A DNA stretch of 64,000 nt from positions 80,308-144,307 of the IMG/VR virus record IMGVR_UViG_3300031999_001882. One strand, 5' to 3'. This document shows, in pieces, positions 39,001-47,600 of the stretch. The notes below the pieces were generated by a model that was given only the letters and a program-made list of their open reading frames with translations, did not search any database and was not told where the DNA came from. The DNA comes from a virus. Within the stretch, counting starts at the first letter, position 1. Each line of letters starts with the position of its first letter. The position numbers were made by a program, and so were the translations under genes.

Positions 39001-42000
39001 CTGATTTCTTTTGTTGCAGGATGGCTTCTGCTTCCTTGATTCGCTTGGCAACATACGCCTGCGTGCCCTTATCGGTCACATCGTTCATGCGACTCATCCA
39101 GTTATCAATGAGCGCTTCCAGCTCGGCTACTGATTTATCCTTGAGATCGCTGGCTGTGCGCTTGCTGGCGATGGTGTCTTTCCAATAAACCCAAGCGACC
39201 GTCACCTTGTCATTCTCCACTTCGTCGATCTTGACGGCATAACCCGCCGAAGCATAAGCGCCCTTCACGCCGTTAAAGCCCAGCTTCGCCAGATCACCAT
39301 TGGGTTCCACAACCTCGAACTCGCCCAGATCAAAGATGTTCCCGTCATACCGGAAGAAGTCGCCCTCTCCGTTCTCGACGTAATCCAGCTCCTTCTTCTC
39401 CTCGTCAGTCAGTTGAGAATAATCCATGAGCGGAACAGTCTGCTCGTTCTTAACCACCAATCCAGTCGGCCCCGCTTGGTCATCGGCCTTCTTTTCAAGG
39501 GGTGGTTTCCGGTGCTTAACCGGGATATAGTGATGTTCGTCATCCAAGCATTTGTCGCATTGTCCACGTCGTTCGCGTGTCTCGTTGTCGTGATTTTTGA
39601 GCGGGTGTCTGCATACGGCACATGGCGGGGCATCAACATTCTCTTTGAGCGGAGCATCAGCCTTGCGTCTGGCGGCCTGCGTCGGCGGCTTGCCCTGTAG
39701 CTCGGCAATGCCTGTGCTGATCCCTTCGCCCACGCCACGGTCGTACTCCTCCCACAGCTCATCAGCATTCTCGGCCTTGTTAAAGGCGCTGGCAAGAAAC
39801 TCGAAGGGCGTATATTGCCGACCATTCTGCTCGGCCTCAAACGCTTCGTCGGCGATCTTTTCCACGTCGAGATTGCCTTGGGCATCTTTATAGCCTTGGA
39901 ATTCGCCCTTGTTCGTGATGATGATGTTGAATCCCTCGTCATAGCCCATGCGGTACGCTTCATCCGGCATGATCGGTTCTTCTGCGCCCCGGCGACCCAG
40001 CGCCGAATAGAGACGCACCTTGGCTTCTTTGGAGAGCGGCTTGAGCGAGGACTGCTTGGTGGGTGGAATGTCGCCTTCTTCCAGATGCTCGATCTCGCCG
40101 CTCTCGGTGAACGCCAGATCATTGGCCTCCGCATCCTCTTTGATGTATTCGTCGGACTGCTGGTACTCAAGCTCGGCATAGCCGTCCTTCTCAAGCTGAC
40201 TACACAACTCCTGACGAACCTCGTCGATATACTGGATGAACTCGACGTACAGCTTCTCAAATTCCTCCGTGGACATCCCGGCTTCTGCGGCCAGATCATC
40301 CATGCTTCCGGGGGTATTGTCCTCCACCTTGACGGTGTATTTGTGGGAGTAATGATGGTCGATGCTCTTGAGGTCGATGTAAAGCGACTCATAGAACTTG
40401 GCGAAGATATTGAACCGCTCGTTCGGGTGCGCTTGCAGGAACTTCGCCACGTCCATGTGCGCGGTAAAGCTCACGCCGGAACCCTGCGTCGAGCTGAGAT
40501 CGTAATTCACCTTCGGGTTCACAAACCCGTGCTCTTGCAAATCGCTCTCGGCATTCTCTTTCCAGAAATCAACGTCCGCCATTTCGTAATACTTATAGCG
40601 CACCTTGTCCTTGGCCTTCTCATCCAGATCATCGAAGGTAAAGAGATCGACCTTCCGGTAGAAGGTGTGCTTGGGCTTGCGCGGCTCGTCGGCAAATCGC
40701 TTCATAAAGCTCTCCTTGGCGGCGAGGCGCGAAGCCTCTTTGCTGATATTCTTGGCATAGGCCATCGCTTCTTCGCGTGAATCAAATGTCTTGTTGCCAG
40801 CGCCGGACTTATCCCGCTCGCCGCCGTGCTGAATGCCATCCACCAGCACCATGAACTTTCCGCCCAAAGCTTCCTTGATCGAAACATTCTCAGGCATCGA
40901 CGACTTCCTTGTGCGCCGCCCGACGCGCTGTTCCGTCGGATTCACATAGACATTGTTATCCTGATCCTTGAAGAAGTCAGCGCCAAAAGAATCGAACTGG
41001 CCGCCGTTACGTTCATAGGGATCGAGAAACACCAGCTTGAAGTCCGTCGCCAAATCGCTGGCCGACATATAAAGGAACTCTGTGTTCGGCTCCTCGTCCT
41101 CTTTAAGCGGCTCGCCCGTCAGCGCTTGGTAATCCTCTTTGCTCCAATCGTTCGCATAGACCCGGAGAACCATCTCTGCCGTCTCGACTTCTCCACCCGG
41201 CGGGACCAGCATATAGACTCGATGGCCGCTCTGCATATCGGTGTCGGTCAAAAGAGTCCAGCCCGTGCGAATCTCTCCGATGTTCTCTACCGCATTCCAG
41301 TCCACCTGAGTCTTGAGCGCTTCGCCATCGCCTTGAGTCAGCTCGGCGGGCAATGTCTTGAGCATTGCCACGGCTTCCGCGCCACTACCTTCCGCATATT
41401 CGGTCAGGGTAGCCGAGTAATTCACCTCGGTCCGCGCCCAATCCAAGAGGAATGCCAACTGCTCATCAGTCAGCGCGGCGGCTTTGCGGCTCACCTTCTT
41501 AGCTTCAAACTCTTTGCGGTGTTCTTTCTCCTGCGAGATGGCGTGGTCCAGCACTTCCTTGAGCGCTGGGCTGGCATCTTCCTTCTGCCCGCGATACTCG
41601 TCGATAGCGGCCTGCTCCTGCTCCACATCGCGCTTGACGATCTCAGCATCCCGGTCGGCTTTGCGCTTGGACGCGAAGGGCATCTTCATCTGCGCGGGGT
41701 TCTCTGGCGGTGTCAGCTCTTGTTTGATCGCTTGGTGAACGCCGGAGTCCTCGGCATACTTCAACAGGTCTTTGGCATCCATAAAAGCTTCACCGTTGTT
41801 TTCAAAGGACGACTCCACAGCTTCCCATAAGAGTTGAAGCACGCGCTCGGAAGGCTCATACGCTTCGAGTGCTTCCTGCTTCTCCGCCGGAAGCTCCTTC
41901 GCCAAATCTTCCTTGACCCATTTCAGGGCTTCATCCTTACCCCATACGTCAAACGATTCCCGGTATTCCTGCTGTTCTGCATTCGTAAGAGCTTCCTCAT

Positions 42001-43363
42001 CAAGCACCGGATAATCGGCCATGTCGCGCTCAATGCCTTCGGCAATCGCTACCTTGTCGGCGGCATCTTTATGGACCAGCAAGAATTCAACCCAGCCCAC
42101 CGCCCAATGACCTGACTTTGCCACGACCACGCCATTGCCTTCGCCGCCCAAAGCTTTGAGCGCCGCATCGAAATTGGTTTTCTCAAGCGCTTCGGAGTCC
42201 CGGTTCTGCGTGAGCACGACATAATAATCGGAGTAGTCGTCGCCCATATAATTCTCGGCAGGCTTCCACAGTTCGAGCGCCTTGCGCTTTAAGCTGGCCG
42301 TGTCATAACGACCCTTGATGGGCGGCGCGGTCTTTTTGCCTGTGCCTTTGCAATAGGGGCACGTCTCCAAAGGCCCGGCTCCGGTGCGTGACTTCCCATA
42401 ACCAGCGCAATACTCACACTCTGCTCCGTCTGCCGCCTTCGCTGTCATGCCGCCCTCCAAATAGACGTTGCCATCGTCGCCAACAATAGCATCGCAGTTC
42501 CCGAAGGCTCTGGCAATGTCGCTCAGCTTCTCACCCACATCGCCCAGCCCGCGATCCCAGAAGCCCGCGCCATGCCCACAGCGCGTCAGCCAGAAGTCAT
42601 GGCCCGCCTGCTCATCGTCAATCTCATTTAAGAGATCGCCTGCTTGCTGGCGAAACGCCGCGCAATCGGCCTTGGCCTTCTCGATGCTCTCCGGGGCAAT
42701 ATCCTCGATCCCGAAGTTCTGATCCAGAGGTTCGCCGCCCGTCTCCGGGTCAGAGTTGTCGTTCGACGACCATAGCGCCGCTTCGAGATAGGCCGACACA
42801 AAGGGATCAAGCCCTGCGGCTTGCCGAGATGTCTTGGCCTGCTCATCGACCAGCCGCTTGTTGTGCTCGCCCTGCATATGCTCGAACGACTCCTCAGATT
42901 CATTTAAGGGTTCGCCCTTGGCTCGCTTGGCTTTGATCTTGGCTTCCATCTCCTCCTGCCACGCTACAGTCCCGAACTGAGCCGCCGACTTGGTTGCGGG
43001 CTTAACCTTGGCCCAGCACGCATCACACAGCGCCCCAAAATTCTGTTCGTTGAACATCCGCTCTCTGGCAGGCTGGCCGTCGTTCTTGCATTGGCGAGCC
43101 GCATCCCGGTTCCCGAAGTCCCGCTCTAAGATGCCCGTCTCGCAGGAGTCGCACAGCCCAGCCGCCGCGCCATAGGTATTGATGATGGTGTCCTTGCCAC
43201 ACTTCTTACACTTGCCTTGGGCGGCAGAGCGCTTGGAAGCCGCGCACGCGCAGGTTCCCCCGCAGGCGCACGTCTCCGACTCTTGACGAATTTTTGAAGG
43301 AGCTTTTTTGTCTTTTGGCTCCACGATATCTGTCCAATGATTTTTCAATACCGCTTTATCCAT
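36029..43363 (-). CDS. Giant (2444 aa) multidomain polyprotein-like protein
   Basis: More than 20 small acidic domains and Zn fingers separated by basic [KR]-x-A linkers; AAGGAG RBS. Confidence 0.85.
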   Translation of the reverse strand: MDKAVLKNHWTDIVEPKDKKAPSKIRQESETCACGGTCACAASKRSAAQGKCKKCGKDTIINTYGAAAGLCDSCETGILERDFGNRDAARQCKNDGQPARERMFNEQNFGALCDACWAKVKPATKSAAQFGTVAWQEEMEAKIKAKRAKGEPLNESEESFEHMQGEHNKRLVDEQAKTSRQAAGLDPFVSAYLEAALWSSNDNSDPETGGEPLDQNFGIEDIAPESIEKAKADCAAFRQQAGDLLNEIDDEQAGHDFWLTRCGHGAGFWDRGLGDVGEKLSDIARAFGNCDAIVGDDGNVYLEGGMTAKAADGAECEYCAGYGKSRTGAGPLETCPYCKGTGKKTAPPIKGRYDTASLKRKALELWKPAENYMGDDYSDYYVVLTQNRDSEALEKTNFDAALKALGGEGNGVVVAKSGHWAVGWVEFLLVHKDAADKVAIAEGIERDMADYPVLDEEALTNAEQQEYRESFDVWGKDEALKWVKEDLAKELPAEKQEALEAYEPSERVLQLLWEAVESSFENNGEAFMDAKDLLKYAEDSGVHQAIKQELTPPENPAQMKMPFASKRKADRDAEIVKRDVEQEQAAIDEYRGQKEDASPALKEVLDHAISQEKEHRKEFEAKKVSRKAAALTDEQLAFLLDWARTEVNYSATLTEYAEGSGAEAVAMLKTLPAELTQGDGEALKTQVDWNAVENIGEIRTGWTLLTDTDMQSGHRVYMLVPPGGEVETAEMVLRVYANDWSKEDYQALTGEPLKEDEEPNTEFLYMSASDLATDFKLVFLDPYERNGGQFDSFGADFFKDQDNNVYVNPTEQRVGRRTRKSSMPENVSIKEALGGKFMVLVDGIQHGGERDKSGAGNKTFDSREEAMAYAKNISKEASRLAAKESFMKRFADEPRKPKHTFYRKVDLFTFDDLDEKAKDKVRYKYYEMADVDFWKENAESDLQEHGFVNPKVNYDLSSTQGSGVSFTAHMDVAKFLQAHPNERFNIFAKFYESLYIDLKSIDHHYSHKYTVKVEDNTPGSMDDLAAEAGMSTEEFEKLYVEFIQYIDEVRQELCSQLEKDGYAELEYQQSDEYIKEDAEANDLAFTESGEIEHLEEGDIPPTKQSSLKPLSKEAKVRLYSALGRRGAEEPIMPDEAYRMGYDEGFNIIITNKGEFQGYKDAQGNLDVEKIADEAFEAEQNGRQYTPFEFLASAFNKAENADELWEEYDRGVGEGISTGIAELQGKPPTQAARRKADAPLKENVDAPPCAVCRHPLKNHDNETRERRGQCDKCLDDEHHYIPVKHRKPPLEKKADDQAGPTGLVVKNEQTVPLMDYSQLTDEEKKELDYVENGEGDFFRYDGNIFDLGEFEVVEPNGDLAKLGFNGVKGAYASAGYAVKIDEVENDKVTVAWVYWKDTIASKRTASDLKDKSVAELEALIDNWMSRMNDVTDKGTQAYVAKRIKEAEAILQQKKSEKKASKRTAEAEVEEFDSEEMQEPAEDDIVIQTEGQLGGMYAAYQSGKKLAESPEWDELIAAVKAVDQGNFYPTIWFLDDHGGLQVVTSAQKCTLCHKADAEKGSRWCKDCKELADFEKELAEKHDRKAGIHKCPTCGKMNDIVNECGCDPDNMPTKVDASGWPPLEHNPKNQKDVKRLQDEDKKWRESPEKKESDEVRNSEEFKSWRKQKAAQRVSCPQCGKPVEMPEGWGEGDDPNEALCNECYSKLEARSAEEGEIGETCPICGNAIEAGDMIVDSKSEPGEVMPTSFAHANCVAMSEGDEWPGKPTAAMKVEAASNEQVIEMFAHDSFPKDKRDRWGTEHLTIQKYPGGWALVNYATPIVFRSNTGETFFNTQKYSVTTSKIQTQIRRYLSDATEGDEAGIKAAIQQAQDANAEEIGKAKAQPEEPMEMAASLDRFGGPEVSREQKIKQAIDMLSKDPDIIEMVKHIESKPATTKGHYGDYMGVLDQYKSQGKVMLHIISQALIGAGADAGGVQAALGIMTGSAFGSMEKKARGGISWKVLPNKNLEITATGDDLEEIRQDVEDQSDSRLLDYLEPMFGNGYMLVRPEQIGALTDSLIISDGSLDDNGEIDFGSKPKFWWYPQYELRSPLEDLAETGKTIFTYAGEEPFELKEASMEVESGLSDQVKSLRRKLKDLDVDKADPSEIASTVDALEKMEKRLKEQQEDRAKRKEEKAKEAEATPATAEVTAAKELKKAPYAVLKTAQEARDYAIGWQNWVSQQNLSYGELAEWGAYFEQLAERFPELKDEFVENGIIGGDTSVEKQAAVPGKITRKQKDEMAHLIQDAVYGYQINMMDISKVWKAGEEAYLRGGDVKAAVTALLDQIATKSDLPPAQAAQRAARYFDQFKSSDLVGSAWELDKESKKLRRKKLSMKLQSTADFFKNAGYRFAEGSHVWLVSGDKAEIIKRVASAISADKSYEVITLDSYGQRTGSQFTIAEKELEPTK

Positions 43364-43838
43364 TGCAATTACTCCTTGATTTCAAATTCGCCAAAGCGCT
43401 TTGATATGCCTTACTCGCCCTATGTTCGTCAGCGAACATCCCAAGATGATGACACTTGCCATCAAATTTAATTGCGGCCTTCCATCGTCTATTATGCTTA
43501 TCCCATGAAATGCCAACGAATTTTGACGAGAGCTTCCCTTCCTTTTTTCTTTTCTGATTGGATACGTTTTCTCTATTCGTGACGATCTGTAGATTCTCTC
43601 GCTGATTGTTCAAGCCATTGCCATCCTTGTGATCGGTAACAAACCCTCGTTGCGGAACACCTGCGACACAATGGTGCATCAGTCGCCTTCGCCGCAAGCC
43701 ATCTCCAAGAATTTCATTTCTGGACGCATAAAAAACATTGTGAGTGCGACAAGCACTCCACTTAAATTGATTAAGCTCGTTAAATATATCGTCATCGACA
43801 AAAGCTACCCTGCCTTGAGATAATTTAATCTTCTTCAT
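43356..43838 (-). CDS. HNH endonuclease with AP2 DNA-binding domain
   Basis: TDHKDGNGLNNQRENL...N then SKFVGISW....WKAAI......LGMF..E..A..AY. Confidence 0.9.
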   Translation of the reverse strand: MKKIKLSQGRVAFVDDDIFNELNQFKWSACRTHNVFYASRNEILGDGLRRRRLMHHCVAGVPQRGFVTDHKDGNGLNNQRENLQIVTNRENVSNQKRKKEGKLSSKFVGISWDKHNRRWKAAIKFDGKCHHLGMFADEHRASKAYQSALANLKSRSNCNG

Positions 43839-43853
43839 TGCCGACCTTCTCCT

Positions 43854-44228
43854 TCAAAATTTCTTCATAGACTCGTAAAGAGACACCCGCGCAATGATCC
43901 TCTCAATAGCAAGCTCAGCGTTCTTTTCGTTGATACCCATAAATTCTTCGTGCGACACGCCATGATCCCATGCCGTGTCAATGCAGATGGTTTCCTTCCC
44001 TTCTCGGCAATCAAACAGGAGCGTAATCATCACCCGCCACCGCATGAAGATAAAGCGGGCGAAGCGATCATGGAAAATCTGGTGTTGATGCCAGCCCTTG
44101 AGCTGGTGCGAAATTTTCTCAGCGATGGCCTTGCATGGCGCGAGACTCTGATCGCTACAGACACAGCCCTCGTTACAACACTTCCCGTCACAATGTTTTT
44201 CGTCCACCGTTTCCTTATGCAAATTCAA
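43854..44228 (-). CDS. Hypothetical protein, Cys-rich N-terminus
   Basis: AAGGAG RBS; lower GC. Confidence 0.5.
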   Translation of the reverse strand: MNLHKETVDEKHCDGKCCNEGCVCSDQSLAPCKAIAEKISHQLKGWHQHQIFHDRFARFIFMRWRVMITLLFDCREGKETICIDTAWDHGVSHEEFMGINEKNAELAIERIIARVSLYESMKKF

Positions 44229-44245
44229 ACTCCTTATTTTTTTTC

Positions 44246-44572
44246 CTAAAAAAGTGAAAGTTCCTCGATGACAGTCGCTCGCGCAATAGCACTTTTAATC
44301 GCTTTTTCAGCGCCGACAGACGTAAATCCTCGGTAAGAGTCACGGCAGAAACCCGAAGGCCAGTCAGCGTGCACCTCGAAACCTTCTTCCCCTTCTCGGA
44401 CTGAAAGATAGACGGAGATAGAAGAAGCTTTTTTGGCGAACCTAATTTTTCTGATAGCAACGTCGATTTCAACAGTTTCCTCTTTCCACGTCGGCAATTC
44501 TTTTTTCAGGGCCACCAACATCACCGCCGTTGAATGGTCCAGCTTCCTGATCGCGCCTGTATTGTCGGGCAT
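44246..44572 (-). CDS. Hypothetical protein
   Basis: AGGAG RBS. Confidence 0.6.
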   Translation of the reverse strand: MPDNTGAIRKLDHSTAVMLVALKKELPTWKEETVEIDVAIRKIRFAKKASSISVYLSVREGEEGFEVHADWPSGFCRDSYRGFTSVGAEKAIKSAIARATVIEELSLF

Positions 44573-44633
44573 TGTCTATTAAACTCCTGCAATTAAATTC
44601 ACCGCTTCTCCATTTCATATTTTCAGCTCAATA

Positions 44634-47600
44634 CTACGAAACAGACAACACTTGATCGAGGACATCCATCGCCTGAGCTTCTGTGAGCTTGAACTCACGC
44701 ATCAAATCCTCGGCAATTTCATCCTCATTGGCCTGACCCAGCCGAACAAGATCACGGGCCAAATCAAGAGCGCTGTTCGTAGGAATATCCGGCTCGGTCG
44801 GTCCTCGCTTCGGATATACGTCGCGTGTTCCAGTTTCTACAGCATCTTCAAATTGATCGCGGTAAGTGGCCGGGGCGCTTTGCCCCGGTGCTTCTGTCGG
44901 GCCGCCCTTCTCTGCGTCCGTGTCGGTATGCGCGTGCATATCGTTGGTCTTGAGACTGAACGGTTTGACCCAGCCCCAAGACACCATGCGCCCATAAATC
45001 TCCGTGGCAGACATCCCTGTGCCGCCGCCTGTCTCCGCCGCATAGCGCTGTGCCAGTACCTCTGCCTGCTTCTCATCAAGGAACGCATGATCCGGTTCGA
45101 TGTCTGTGCCAAGAAATTCGCGGGCCAAGACCAGCAAAGACTCCTGCTCGTCCTCCGCCCGGCGCTTGATCTCGGCCACCTTCTCGTTGCCGGAGAGCGA
45201 GGCTTCCAGCTCAAGGAGCCGGACAAAAGCCGGAGCGCCCTTCGCGGAAGCCGCAACCCACTCAAACCCACTATTGGATTTAGCGGTGCGCCAGCCGGGG
45301 TTGCCCTGAACCAGCGAGCGCCATTCATCGAACTCCGTGGCTTTCACAAAGCCAGCGCCAGACTTCACAAATATGATCCGGCCAATGACCTTGGGGGCCG
45401 GGCGCGGCGTTGGGGCTGAGGGCGGCGTGCGGACCACAGGCTCCTCGCCGGGGGCCGGGTTAGACTCCGGCTCTGGCTCGGCGGCGGGCGCAGGCTTCGG
45501 CGCTTCGCCTTTAATCTGATCCACCGGGGTCGGAGGCATGACTGGCCCGCCAGCCGGGGCAGATTCGTCCGGCTTCGGTTCCTTCGGGGGCGGCTCCTCA
45601 ATCCCGGTCTGCTTGGATAGCTGGTCGTGAATCTTCCGCACGTCCTCTTTGGTGTATTTGAGCTGGTTGCGAGAAAGCCATGTGTAGATTTCGTGCTGGA
45701 TTGCGTCGAACTCCATGCCTTTGAGCTTTTCTAAGGTCACCAGCTCAAGGATTCGGTTCGCCACATAGACAGGTTGGAGGGAGATCGCGGCCTTCACAGT
45801 CCCGCCGCGCTTGCCGGAGCCGCCACAGTCCGGGCAATCCACGAAATGCCAGCCATCCTCGGAATGCTCCTTGGCCTCTTGCTCGGCCCATAGCTTCTTG
45901 AACACTTCCCGGCTGTCGTCCGCCTTGACCGGAACAAAGCCCGTGCCTTCGCAATGGCCTTGGCACATGGTCGCCGGGTCAGGCAAAGCCATGCCCAGCG
46001 CCTCGTAGCGGTCCGATGCCTTTTTGCCGGGAAGCCTTGCCTGCACCACCAGATAGCCGCCGTCACCATCCTCGCCAATCACCTGAGCGCCGGAGCCAAA
46101 ATTCACTTCCGTGGCTTCGCCATAGCGCCGCGCATCTGCCTTGGCCTTGGTCACCCACATGGCATTGATCGCCGGGATGCCTTCAAACTTGGCCCATTGG
46201 TCTTGGCCGATGTAGCTGGCCGCCGGGTTGCCCAGCTCCTCGACTTCGTGGCGCACGACATCGGCCACGCTCTCCTTGCCATGCTGATACCCGGTGTCGG
46301 CGCGGTACGCCTTGCCGTTCCAAGGGTAAGGGAACTTACCGGGAATCCCGGTGTCTCCGGCCACGGCCCCATTTCCCGGTATGCCAGCCGCCGCCTTGAT
46401 ATCGGCCCACGTCATCAGGTCCGCAGGAATGTCCGGCAAAATGTCCGGGGCTTTTGGTTGTAAAGACAATGCTTTCTTGGTGTTCTGCATCGGGATGATG
46501 GCGGCGGACTTGTCCACAGTATCCACAGACTTACCCACATTGCCGACCTTAAAAGATAGTTTCGTTTCTTGTGGAACAATTCTTGGAGCTAAGCTGTCGG
46601 GGTATGCGCTCTCAGGTTGCACAGGTGGCACATCCAAACCACCATGAACGGGTTGCTGTAATTCGTGTGACGCATCTCTGAATTTTGGCTCCCGCACTTG
46701 GCGCACGGTTCCTTCTTTATCAGACCCTTTTTGACGTAATATCTCGACAGCTTCCTCATGCTCACCTTCTCCGCTTGCGCCGGAGTGAGGGGCTTTTTCG
46801 TTCGTGGTTGTCGAGGGAGAGTTCTTAAAATCTCTTGATGGTGTGCGTGATGGCATGGACGACACAGCCACACTATTTCCAGAGGCTTGCTGTGATCTGG
46901 ATGGTGCATTTGAGAGATCGGATTCCCGCACAGAGCGCAAGGCTCCATCACTTTCTCCTTGCCTCGCCGAAGATGATTCCAAGCAATCTGCCGCGCTTTT
47001 TTTCTCATCTTCTGCGCTTCCGTCAGAGGGCGACCCTTGCTCCACACCAGCATATACTCCCTCATGTATTTCCGATGACACATGAGGCAACGTCCATTGC
47101 CGCGCATTCTCTTTTGGCCGCACAAGCACAGAGTCGAATCCATGATCGTCAATTATAGACCACTTTTTAAGGCTACTCCAAACTTTCAAATCCTCAATGG
47201 ACACATCCACGTTGGTCAAATTCTCCCAGAACTCCTTGCCCTCCGGCTCATACTCGATGCCGGACTCGATCTCGGCGCTCAGATTCAGCTTCATCTCGCC
47301 GTCTTTCACGCCCGTGGCCTTGTTCACCAGCTCTACAAAGACCTCGGCAAACACCAGCCCCTCGTCCTGATCCATCCCGGTCACGATGATGTTCGGCTTG
47401 AACGCCGCGAAATCTAGCTCCAAATAGCTCGACACCAGATCGGGCAACACATCAAGCGTGTGAAATTCCACCTGCTCCGACCAGCGCCATGCCGCGCCCT
47501 CGCGCTCGCCTTCGGCTGGCGTAGGGGTGCGTGGATCGTCAACCTTCATGGTCTTAACGCTAGGCCCTTTGGCCTTCTCTGGTAAACTTGCGCCACCAGC

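Noticed and set aside
39409-40392. 327-aa alternative-frame ORF inside the giant gene
   Set aside because: Arg/Ser/Pro-rich off-frame composition with no motif, unlike the nested HNH ORF.
46560-47200. Group I intron or intein around the nested HNH
   Set aside because: No Cys/Ser...His-Asn intein ends in the host frame, little flanking room and no recognisable intron core; not formally excluded without RT-PCR.
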